This document shows positions 1 to 18,979 of a DNA stretch of 38,005 bases, in pieces. The position numbers and the translations under genes are program-made. The stretch comes from Macrostomum lignano (lineage: Eukaryota): the NCBI GenBank assembly GCA_002269645.1, contig NIVC01002713.1:1-38005 (forward strand), given 5' to 3'. The notes under the pieces were generated by a model. That model ran no database searches and was not told the origin of the DNA. It saw nothing but the letters and a program-made list of their open reading frames with translations. Numbering within the stretch: position 1 is the first letter of the stretch; each line of letters begins with the position of its first letter.

Positions 1-399
1 AAGAACAAAAAGTTCTATTAAAAATGCTTTTATACTAACTATAGAAAAATAGTTCCAATAGTAGTTTTGAAAAAAGTTTTGCCTATGACTATTGCCTATA
101 ATAGTAGAACCACTATTATAATAGGACAGTAGTATATACCACTTAGATAGATAGTATTCTAGGATGTGAATATATTTTAAGCTAACACTATGTTATAGCC
201 TACCAACAATGCACAAAATTGTTTTATATTTATTAAAAAGACATTTTTCTCAAATAATAGCATTCTTAGAAACCTTGGATTAAATATTTAATATTAATTT
301 AGTATAGAACTGATAAATAAAAGTAGGGTTTAATATATTCCCAAAGAAACCTAGATTTATATAGCATCACCCCCCCAAGACTTGACATTTCAATTCTTT

Positions 400-1950
400 A
401 GATGGATTCTTTCGATAATGTGATATTTTATATATGGGATTATTTAGATAGGGATTCTTTAGAGGGGGATTTTTTTGGATAGGGATAGATGGGGGATTCT
501 TTGGATGAGGGATTATTTGGATGGGGATTCTTTGGATAGGAGATTTTGTGGATGGGCGATTTATTAGATGGGGAATTCTTCAGATACTGTAGGGGGATTC
601 TTTGAATGGGGAATTCTTTGGATAGGGGATTCTATTGATAGGGGTCCTTTGGATGGGGATTCTTTGCATCAGGGATTCTATGGATGGGGGATTCTTGGAT
701 GAGGATTCTCAGGGTGGCAGAGCAGGAGGGCAGAGCAGGGGGGGAAGCAGGGTGGCAGAAAAATCAGGTAAATCAGGTAAAAAAGAAGAAGCATCATGTA
801 AAAAAGTGAACAAAGCCTCATGTCAGACAAAAAAGAAGTGTCATGTGAACAAGTAAAAAGAGTAATGTATAACATAATAAAACATCACATGAAACTGTGC
901 TGCAACTCTTGGGGAGAATTTCTAGGATGTCAAAGCTTATGGGAGTAATTTCTGAGATGTCAAGGCTTGTGGGGGGACTTTTTAAATGTCATGGCTATGC
1001 TAAGAAGCTATGAGCATTCATATGGTATGAGTATATTCAACTTTTTAAATTAAAACTTGAAATTTGAAAAGGATTATTGTACTAGCTGAGGAATTTGTTT
1101 CACTATCTTGCTAGGGGTACTTTCTATCAGGGGATGCTTGCTATTGGAAGGACCCTTGCTCTTGGAGGATGCTTGCTCAGAAGAATTCAAGATGTGAAGG
1201 CTTAAGAGGAAATTGCTGAGATGTCAAGGCTCAAGAGGGAATTGCTAAGATATCAAGGCATAAGATGAAATTTCTGAGATGTCAAGGCTTAAGGGGATTT
1301 TTGAGATGTCAAGGCTTGGGGAGGGGAATTACTAAGATGTCAAGGCTTGAGGAGAATCGCTGAGAGGTCAAGGCTTTAGACAGGAAGAAATTACTAAGAT
1401 GTCAAGACTAGAATTATTGAGATATAAAAGCTTACTAGGGGGGAATTTCTGATATATCAAGGCTTGGGGGAGGGAATTGCTGAGATTTCAAGGCTTAAGG
1501 GAGATTTCTGAGATGCCAAGTCTTGGGGAGGGATTACTAAGATGTCAAGGCTTGGAGAGGGGAATTACTGAGATGTGAAGGCTTGGGGAGGGGAATTACT
1601 GAGATGTCAAGGCTTTGGATAGGGAGTATTTGGTAGGATGCCAAGTTTTGCACTGGAATTGCTGAGATGGCAATGCTTGGAGGGAATTTCTGAGGTGTCA
1701 AGGCTTGGGGAATTTCTGAGATGTTAAGTCTTGGTGGGGAATTCTATGGATTAATGATTCCTTGGGTGAGGAATGCTTCTAATGGATGGGCAATTCGTTT
1801 GATGGGGAATTCTTAAGATGGGAATGGATCTAGGGAATTCTTTGGATTGGGGATTCTATTGATGAGGGGTTCTTTGGATGGGAGATTCTTTGCATGTGAG
1901 ATTCTTTACACTGGGGATTTTATAGATAGAGGATTTAATTGGGTAAATTT
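400..1950. repeat. Old, degenerate tandem repeats in OSBPL9 intron 1: ~19-bp GGGATTCTTTGGAT-type units (~400-700, ~1745-1950) flanking ~32-bp GAATTGCTGAGATGTCAAGGCTTGGGGAGG-type units (~915-1745)
   Basis: Recurring GATGTCAAGGCTT and GGGATTCTTTGGAT motifs with many substitutions. Confidence 0.8.
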
Positions 1951-3300
1951 TATTGCATGAAAAAACTGTGATTGGAGTTTGGATAGAAAGCCCCAATGGG
2001 GGTTGGAATTGGCTAGTCTATCTAAATATACTAAATCTCTAATATTTGTATGCTTGAATCCATATACTAAAAATGGTCTGTCAGTATCTATTTATCTAGA
2101 TATCTAAATATGTGATTGATTTTAGCAAACGGCACAACCAATCTTGTTTAAACTTTCACTGTTTGATCAGAATTTTTTTCTATGACGGTATATACAATGT
2201 GGCTAAGAAATGCTAAAGGGATTAAATATTTGAAAAACATGCTTTTTTTGCAAAGGTCAAGTAGCTCTTTTGACTTGAAAAGCATTGTAAGAATGCTAGA
2301 GAAAAAACTGACTGGTTGAATTCTGATTCTAAAATAGATTGCATGACAATAGACATTTATTTATTGTTGGTGTATACTGGCTAAATTTTGATACTGAATT
2401 GAATTGCATCACTGCATTAAAAATGCAGTGTGGAAGCATAACACAATATTTATTTATATTGCATAACTATATTGTTAACTTTAATAGAGACTGGTACTGA
2501 CTTATATAAATAAAGTGATTTTTAAAAGTGAAAAAGGAATTGGTTCTAAAGAAAAAATGCTTTTCTAATTGTTTTCCATGAAATATTTTTGCTCTTTGCT
2601 TATTGGGTGCCCCAAAGGGGGGCTGCACTAGATTGCTAGTATATTCCCTAATGTATACTAGGCCTAACTGTGCATTAATGTTCTGCCGTAAGGAGGGTCC
2701 ATGTACTGTAGCCGTAGCCATAAGCAAAACTATGGCTTATTCCAATTCTCCGTGTTCTGTAGTTGTAGGGACCCCAAAATTACCATATTCCTGTAGTTCC
2801 TGTAGCTGTAGCTGTAGTTTTAACAAAAAGTCTAGAAAATAAAATATTTTAAATCAAGAAGATAACCTAGTGCTTAAACAACTGTAAATTAAGTTAGAAA
2901 ATAAAAGAAACACTTGATTGCCCTTGTAAGATTATATTTTGTCTTTTTTCAGAGCAACAAAACTTAATCATTACTGAAAGTACTAATGCTAAACTTTTTC
3001 ATATTAATTAAAATTAGAGTTTTCTAGTGTTTTATTGTACTTTTTTAGATATATTTTATAAGTTTCTAGGTTGATAATACAGTTTACTAAAAGTATCTTT
3101 ATTTTATTCTACCTGTTTCTAATATTTTTTCAATTTTTTAATAGTAATAACTATAGATATGGGAATCTATAGAATATGATAGCAACTACCATATTTCCAT
3201 AGTGGTAGCCATAAGAGCAGCTAGCTACCGTAGGTGTATCCGTAGCTGCCATAGGCACCTATTTTACCATATTTGGTCTAGGATCCTATAGCTGTAGCTA

Positions 3301-3837
3301 CCCATAGTCAAAAAGGTGGCCTCTGAGGGAGAAAATTCCCATGCACACAAAGGGTCTTGGCACACATTGGCGCACAAGTGCGGCACACACTGAGGTCCCA
3401 GGCGCATGTGGCACACAATCATGGCACACACTGAGGTCCCTAGCGTATGCGGCGCATAATTGCAATGCATAAGGTCCCTAACATGCATGAAAATTATAAT
3501 GCAAATTAACAATTTTATGTAAAATAAAGGAGATTTGTATAGTCTAGAAAGTTAGTGATAAACTTGTTGCTTCTTAAAAATCAACAGTAAAAAAATAGTA
3601 TAAATTATCGCTAAGAACGTTAATTTTGCATTACTCTATTTGTAGGTATAATTTAAGTTTGTTTAAAATGCAAATATGCCAAATATTTTAAAAAAGACTT
3701 ATTGTACAAAAGCCTTTCTTAGAAAACTCTACTCGTGAAGAGTGACGCACAGACGGCGCACAAATGGCGCATAGACGGTGCACAAATTGTCCCAAAAATT
3801 ATTCTGGCGCACACTGTGCCACCTTCCTGACTATGGG
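3301..3837. mobile_element. Non-autonomous DNA transposon (MITE) with 20-bp TIRs and TA flanks
   Basis: Left end CCCATAGTCAAAAAGGTGGC (3301-3320); reverse complement of the right end (3818-3837) is CCCATAGTCAGGAAGGTGGC (18/20). TA at 3299-3300 and 3838-3839. GGCGCAC-type internal subrepeats. Confidence 0.75.
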
Positions 3838-4196
3838 TAGCTATGGCTACAGTGGAACACTACTGTGCATATCAAACTTTTGACATGCAAGGCCAATGCA
3901 AGCTAATTTTTTTGAGCATTTACTATAATACTACATGATCCAAAGCATAGAAAATATAGTTTTGTATCAATATTTAGGCTTAAGCCGCCTAGCTAATATG
4001 ATATAGCATCATTATTTTTTATATATTATTAAAGTGTATATACCTATTTATCAATGACATCAATAAATGTCTAAAATGTTAGCCAATGTTGGATTGATAT
4101 ATATATATATGAATAATATATAGCTACTATTTGATTAGCTACTAGAAACGTGACAATTATTATATAACGTTGAACTGAAATCTCAATTAAACTCAC

Positions 4197-4319
4197 TGTA
4201 TAATAAGTTAATAATGCAGTAGATCTATCCAATACAAACCAGCGAAATTGCCAACCATTCATAACGTTTGTCCATTTGCTTAGTGGACCTTCCATCAATA
4301 TACTGCCATACTCCATCAT
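4197..4319 (-). CDS. OSBPL9: First coding exon of an oxysterol-binding protein-related protein 9-like gene (N-terminal PH domain); the rest of the gene lies left of the window
   Basis: Translates [41 protein letters not shown], closely matching the ORP9 N-terminus as I recall it ([23 protein letters not shown]...LLSYYT). Ends at a phase-0 GTGAGT donor (+ strand ACTCAC 4191-4196). Confidence 0.85.
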
Positions 4320-6121
4320 TTCTGTTCAATCGAATACAAGTTAAAGAATGCTTCAGTTGAATTGAAATTTATAATAATTTTAGAGCAGTTCACGGGAGAA
4401 TGCTGCTGTAACTTTTTTTATGTTTTTCATTAAAAATTCGTTAGATTTTCATGAAGAAACGAAAGGCATATATTTGACGCAAAGAGACAACTGAAAAACT
4501 TTTGTGCTTGTTGTTATTAAGCTCTAGTATTGAAATATCGTATTGAATTGGTATTATATTGATTCAAATTTGATTAGTTTTTCTTGGAAAAGCACTTTAA
4601 ATTAGTACGTATTTATCACACGTTTTACACAATTTAACAACAAAAAATGAACTTTTAGAATATTTTTCAAAAACTTTGATCGAGCATAGCATCATTGCTT
4701 TTTTGAATTATCCGTAACTCTGCTGCTTAGTTAGATTATTTGTTTTAAATTGCCAAATGGCTAACGCTATACACTACCATACCGCTAACAGCTAATTAAT
4801 ACGGTGTATTTTGCAGTTGCGGCAAGCAAAGAAGGCATGAAAATACGTAGTTCATAGTGTGGTTCAAGTGAAAATTAATGACGGCAGTATAAAGGCAAAA
4901 GGCCGGTATATCCGAATATACTAGCTTTGCCCTCATCCGAAAACTGACTGCATCATGCAGCATGGCCGGGGCCATTACATTTCATTGTAGAACTCGTGGT
5001 GTGCTATATTGCGTGCTATACATGTGCATGCCATACATAACATTGTTTGCAATGTACAACAAATAGACACGGGAACCAAGAATGATTGGACAGAGGATCA
5101 CGCAATTAGGTGCGCCCCTTTAATTTATTTTGCAGCAGCCAATTGCGCCCTCAAAATTGTAAATTACATGTAGTGTAATAGCGCCCTAGTGTACTATAAA
5201 CCTTACATGCATGTATGTGGTCCTAACTAATTTCAGCGTATCACGCGGCCTAAAGAACGGAGTCGTAGATGGAATTATAGCAGCAATTACGGGCAGAGTA
5301 AACTCAATAATCTCCAATCCCCGGTCTTAAAGTGCATGTATGATGTAAAAAGCAGACCATAAGCATGCAGTTTTATGCTGACAGGATCCTCTAGCCAATC
5401 AAAACGCCCCTAAGTGCGCTTACTCGTTACATGTACCGTGCAACAGCGCTGCTAGGCCCCTATTAAATTTTCGTGATACATTTGATATTTTCCCCACGTT
5501 CGCCCAGCGCGATCCTAACCCTACTAGATATCTAGGCGCCTTCCACAGATTACTCACTGACTCATGATGATGACTCATTATCCCTTTGGCCTAGCCCTCC
5601 CCCCTTTCGGCCCACCTAAACCTCCGCTTCTCTGTTCAGTCACTGAACTGGAACGCATCAATAAACTCCCCCTCCTGCAATCTATTTTTCCCAAGTCATG
5701 TGATGTTCTTATTTTCCCTACCTAAACCGCGCACCCACCCTATCTTTTTATAGCCAATCACGGTACGGCTGGGCAAGGTAATGTCACTCGGTTGCTTGGC
5801 GACGCCGACCCCAGGGCAGTTCAAGGTCCAATTATGCATCAGATGAGTCTCTCATCCCAAACATCAGTTCGACTCGCCTTCACGTCAACAAGCGACGCCA
5901 TGGTGCCTATGCGGCTATGCCGCCTTGAATTGCCCGTACCGCCACAAGCACATCGAGAATTCACCTGTCGGTCTAGAGACCTAGTTAAGGTGCTTTCAAT
6001 CGTTCTATGCTTTTAACATTTGCTTTTCAACTCATTTGCTTCCAGACTTATTGGCCATCGTTTGACGAGTAATCATTGGATAATCAAGGATGTAGAGGAG
6101 GAATTGAGGTTTATGTGTCGA

Positions 6122-6829
6122 CAGGGTTTTTTTTGTGCGCAGAGTGTGCGTATGCACCCTAAATTTTAAAATCGCACCCTGAAATTAAAAAAGTAGGTGT
6201 GGTCTTATAACCATTTTTCTTTAAAGGCTTAACCATGCTTAAGGTATTTTTCATGCACTGCCTTTTTTTATTAGAGGCAGGGGGGGCTGTGTGCACCCTG
6301 GCGCACTTTAAGCGACATTGTCACACAACCGGCGAGAGGCATTACTGCCCATTCCGCCGACTCCCCTGAGCAGGCATACAAGCGCGCGGATACGTACGCA
6401 GGCACACACTCACACAGGAGTGTACAGCGGCCCTAACTTTATTTATCGTTAGGCATGTACACTTCACTGCGCCTTGGGGGGTTGGCTCTCAAGGCCGTTA
6501 ATTGCACGAGCAGAGCCAAGCCGAGATTCCAATTCAGCCCCAAATTAATGTGACTGCACTTGGAATCGAGCCTGGGTCGCTGGCACACCAGAGCAGCTGC
6601 GCTACCGCTGGGCTACGGCCCCCTTCATGCACTGCCTTAAAATATGAAACAAAATAACTCTTTAAATCCTATTAAGTCATATAGCCTATGGCTATAGCCT
6701 TATGTAAGATATGTCTATACAACATTCCCAGTTGTCTGAAACAAGACTTAAGAGAAATTGCACTCTGAGCTTTAAAAAATTTGGCACAAGGTGCGATTTT
6801 GCACCTTGTCTCTGACGAAAAAAACCCAG
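6122..6829. mobile_element. hAT-type MITE with 8-bp target site duplication
   Basis: TGTGTCGA at 6114-6121 and 6830-6837; termini CAGGGTTTTTTT ... AAAAAAACCCAG (1 mismatch); subterminal AAAATCGCACC(C/T)TG motif at both ends, inverted. Confidence 0.8.
6265..6623 (-). mobile_element. tRNA-derived SINE nested in the hAT MITE
   Basis: Minus strand starts GGGGGCCGTAGCCCAGCGGTAGC (A-box) ... GGCTCGATTCC (B-box) and ends in AATAAAAAAA; 15-bp TSD TTCATGCACTGCCTT at 6250-6264 and 6624-6638. Confidence 0.85.
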
Positions 6830-8589
6830 TGTGTCGAACTAAAATTAACACAAACAGCTCCGACGAGACAGCCGTGCATCTTTGTGGGGCCTGGATCGCT
6901 TATACTTAATCGAAAATGGATGGCCAGTTGATGAGGAAAACTAAGTTTAGCGCTGCCTCTGTCTCAGAATCAGAACCCTGGAAAACCAAGGAATAGCAGA
7001 GCCCTGCTCAACCGCTCTCATTCCAAGGTCAAAAGAATCCCCTATGTCTACTTTATTTGTCACCTCGCAGTCCCTTAGATCAGCCGGCACTACGACTGAA
7101 CATATGGCTCCAATAAATTCGTTGCCCGAAGCAGGCTTGGATCCCCGTCTCATTAGCGAAAGTTTTCCCGGGTGTACTTTCTTACGCAGGAGGCTAGTGC
7201 ATGGCGGCCACGCCTTTGGCGTGTACCTGGATAATAAGCACCCAGGGGACGCAAGTTAAGACCGAGGGAACATTACCTTGGCCACTCAGTCACATCACAA
7301 GCTTTGCCCAACTATCAGCTGAGACTATGAGAGAAGTAGTTGTACATGTAAGCTACATAGGCCTAGACCGAGTTACACTTTGCGTATATATTGTATGTAC
7401 GTGTGCGCGCCGAGGACTACTCGAGTAGAAGAACGAGAAACTAGCTCGTAAGTTTCTTGGAAAATTTTAGGAAGCAGGTTTTACCGAAAAAATACATTAC
7501 AGAGATGTAGGAGTTTTTCCGTTTTTTTAAGCACAAAAATGTTATTGATTTTGATAGAAAGGAGACCAAATTTGTTCATTCTAGCTATTTTATCATTCTT
7601 AGCTTATGGCTGTGTGACAAAATGTGATACATAATGATAAAACAGATTCAAGAAACCAATGCGTCCAGCCGTGCCATTTTTTTATTTTTAGGCCCTCGAT
7701 ATTTATACGTAGGATATATACAAAACTAATTGAATAGTTAAGTCCTTCTAATAAAGTATAGTCCTTGGTGCGTACATTACACAGTATACATTTCCTTCAT
7801 TTTCTTGTACATGCATGTCCTCAAAGACCACATTAATTTAATATACATTTACAGAGCTAAAATACAAGGTAGATACACCTTTCCTAATCTGCGTATTTTT
7901 CCGCAAAAAGTGTTCACACAATCTGCATGCATAATTAATTAAAAATGCGACAGGAACGCTGCATTTATACAGTTGAGACCACATTATGTGAGTTGTACTT
8001 CTTCTATAAGTGTTTCAATGCAGTTTGTATTGTGAGAGAATTCCCTTAAGTGTTGGGAAAGGTGCTTGGTGAACTGTAAAAAGCTTCTCAACTCAATCCT
8101 TTTTTAAGAAGAATGAAGACAGGAACTGAGGACATTTGATGGAATTTGAAACGGTCAGCTAATTAATATTTGGTTCAACACGCGGGTTTCACTGCATGCA
8201 TACCCATGCCCATGCAGTCACTCTAAAGTCCACATCTTTAATTCGATTTCTGAATCCTTTTGCAGGCCTGACTGTGAAGGGACTGTTTAGAGATCCCGGC
8301 GCACGTGCCATGTTAGGCAGGTGTCATCAATTTTGTTGTCCTCTTCGTAGTTGGTGTTGTTTTTCCTGTTAGTGCTATTGTTGTTGCTTGCAGTTCATGG
8401 TTTTGTTGTGCTGTGTTTGCTGTTTGGTTTCTGATCTGTAGCTAATCTTGTTTGTTAATCCATGTACATGAATGTGTCCATCTGTTTCCTCCAATACTGT
8501 GTCTGTAAAATATCAGTAATTAATGACTATGCAATAAATAATTAGAAATATTAGCTAATTGCAAATTTAAGGATGCCTCACCTTTAAAT

Positions 8590-9192
8590 GGCGAGTCGGC
8601 CTCATGCTGAACGCCCGGAAGACAGTGGTCTTCACGGTGCCCTCCGACCTGCCTGCCGAGATCAACTACCGAGGCACTGCCGGGAGGCAATCATGCTTAC
8701 CCGTTGCCAGCGGTTCCTGTACATCGGTGGCCTCGTGCCGGACGTTGCCGACGACCTGGTAAGACGACGAGGACTGGCCTGGGCCGCGTTTCGTTCTGTG
8801 CGCTCCGTGCTACATTCTGAGGCCTTGGATGACGGGCTCAAGGCCAACGCCAACGGAGACCAACGCCGTGCTCTACACGAGGGCACGCCTGATGCGGCCT
8901 TCTGGCCTGCTGCGCGGGCGGCGACTTTGACTGGCTGGCCACGTCATCCGGTCGGAGGCTCGCTGCCCTAAGCCGCTGCACGAAGTGCTGCTGCTCAAGC
9001 TGCAGGGACCGCGCAGGCGAGGCCAAGGGCGAACGGCGAGATATCCTGACAGGCTTTTGACCGATGCTGGCGCCTCGGACTAAGCTGAGGGTGTGACTTT
9101 CTGAGGGCTATGGCCCAGAGACGCGCTCTCTGACTTCTTCCCCCTTTCTGGCCACTGCGTGGCTGGCGGGTGAAGTACTTTGTTGTTGTTGT
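8590..9192 (+). mobile_element. 5'-truncated, internally deleted RTE-type non-LTR retrotransposon fragment (RT C-terminus and tail)
   Basis: Across frameshifts reads VGLMLNARKT ... RFLYIGG ... RRRGLAWAAF ... PTNAVLYTRARL...RRL*LAGHVIR...GPRRRGQGRT, typical of the RT thumb/C-terminal region of RTE-like LINEs; ends in a (TTG)n tail at ~9180-9192. Confidence 0.75.
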
Positions 9193-9971
9193 ATGGTAAC
9201 ACTGAAAGGCTATGAAAAACAGGCCTGTATTTTGATGTAAAACATGCACAAACACGTACAGCGTCATTGCCATCATAGCAATTAGGACAACACGTGAAGA
9301 GACAATGACAGAATGACATTTCCATTGTTAGTACATAGCAAATTAAAATACTCTAGCAAGAATTTCAGAGCAACCATCACTAGACAGAAGATATTAATTT
9401 AGGAATGATTTGGAACATTTTGATAAAAAATAAGGAAACATTCTTTCGACTGAGACAATCATAAAGCATCGAAATGACAAATGACAGCACAGAACGGCGA
9501 CCATGGATAACTAGAGTACAAAGAACGTTACACTCGATTTTCTAAGAAATGATCGCTGGAGAGAATGCATTGCTCTGAATGAGCTAGGTCTCGCCATAAA
9601 CGAGACGATGTGCAATACGGCAATTAACTATCCATCCCTTACCGGCCGCAGCTCATTTCAAAGAAAGTCCTGTGTAGTTTTCATGCATATACTTACCCCC
9701 TAATAGAAGTTTGCTTACCCAAACTTCGGTAAAGGCATCCATCGCCTCTCACACATTCATTTGAGGCTTGTGTGCACGAAAATTAGTGTACATTACATCC
9801 ATGACGATTAGAAAGTTATACAAAAGGGCTGCTGTACACCCTGTGTTCTTGTATGCCTTGGCGTTCTTGTATGTGCTCTGGGAGTCAGCGGAATGGGCAG
9901 CCCGAACAGTCACGCACTACATGCAGGCGACAAAGCTACCGACAAGATTGATTATAAAACGCAATTTTTCA

Positions 9972-17560
<7,589 letters not shown>

Positions 17561-17802
17561 GCTAGATGCTGGGCCAGGGATCCAACCCGCTTTAATCCTC
17601 GATCAACCTCAGAGGGGACGGCATGGAGGAGCCAAGTCTGATTTATGATGGACTGCAGTACGCCAGCCCAGCTTTCATTGCTTCAACTGTAGCTTAAGTT
17701 TTCACTGGGCGACGGGCCTCATCACTCGTTCCACAGGGCCTTACCAGAGCCTCCTGCTATTGGTTGGGGAAGATAATGAATTTCTGGCTGCCCATCTGCT
17801 GT

Positions 17803-17804
17803 CA

Positions 17805-17884
<80 letters not shown>

Positions 17885-17939
17885 TAGTGTCTGTCTGTCT
17901 TAGTGTCTGCCTGTCTGTCTGTCTGTCTGTCTGTCTGCC

Positions 17940-18024
<85 letters not shown>

Positions 18025-18074
18025 GTCTGTCTGTCTGTCTGTCTCTCTGTCTGTCTGTCTGTCTCTCTGTCTGC

Positions 18075-18150
<76 letters not shown>

Positions 18151-18151
18151 T
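17803..18151. repeat. (TGTC)n tract switching to its reverse complement (CAGA)n at ~18072
   Basis: ...CTCTGTCTGCACAGACAGAC... junction visible. Confidence 0.95.
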
Positions 18152-18439
18152 CTATAGCTTTTCTAGAATCTAATTTAGGGTTCACTGGTGAACACATTTT
18201 AAAATCAATATAAAGAGTAGCGTACATTTAGGGACTGTGCACTCAAGGACCACTAGAAGGTAGATTTCTTTTAATGGTCCTTGTGTGAAAGCACTCAAAC
18301 AAAGAAAATTGCGGTATATTTTCCATTTCTATCATACAAGCGCGTACACGTATGTGTAATCTGGGGTAATTAAAGCCAAAAAACGCAACGGTTAAGTTTA
18401 GTGATTTTTAATGCGTGCGGTAACTTGTATTTGTGGCTA

Positions 18440-18800
18440 TCTATCCCTGGGTGTGTGACAAGTCTATCCCTGGGTGTCTGACAAGTCTATTCTTGGGTGT
18501 CTGACAAGTCTATCCCTGAGTGTCTGACCAGTCTATCCCTGGGTGTCTGACAAGTCTGTCCCTGAGTGTCTGACAAGTCTATCCCTGGGTGTCTGACAAG
18601 TCTATCCCTGGGTGTCTGACAAGTCTATCCCTGGGAGTCTGACAAGTCTATCCCTTGGGTGTCTGACAAGTCTAGCCCTTGGGTGTCTGACCAGTCTATT
18701 CTTGGGTGTCTGACCAGTTTATCTTTGGGTGTCTGACCAGTTTATCTTTGGGTGTCTGACCAGTCTATCTTGGGGTATCTGACCAGTCTATCCCTAGGTT
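18440..18800. repeat. 23-bp minisatellite GTCTATCCCTGGGTGTCTGACAA
   Basis: About 15 copies. Confidence 0.9.
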
Positions 18801-18979
18801 CCTTACAATACTAAGGTAACAAAGGTATGATGCCTTCCCAATTGCTAAAGTAGATTGCACCAGCGCTGCCTGGTATTTTCTTGTTTCTAGGGCTCATAAA
18901 GCTCCTTATTAAGGTTTTTCCAAATAAAAAAATAAAATCAAAGCCACAGCGCAGCGGTGTCCATCATCAGTCCGTTTAA

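Larger units (their letters stand above)
5754..8320 (+). other. Candidate chain of short exons (5754-5777, 6046-6108, 6968-7027, 7190-7254, 8266-8320) of an unidentified gene
   Basis: Pyrimidine tract + YAG acceptors, GT donors, compatible phases and one open frame. No start codon or homology recognised; some donors are weak. Confidence 0.25.

Noticed and set aside
2200-2300. Second OSBPL9 exon starting SKE...
   Set aside because: The following residues do not resemble the expected SKDKMMRGSRRGCVRL.
6550-6623. tRNA gene on the minus strand
   Set aside because: A- and B-boxes are present but no 3' acceptor strand closes the cloverleaf; the poly(A) tail and TSD identify it as a SINE head.
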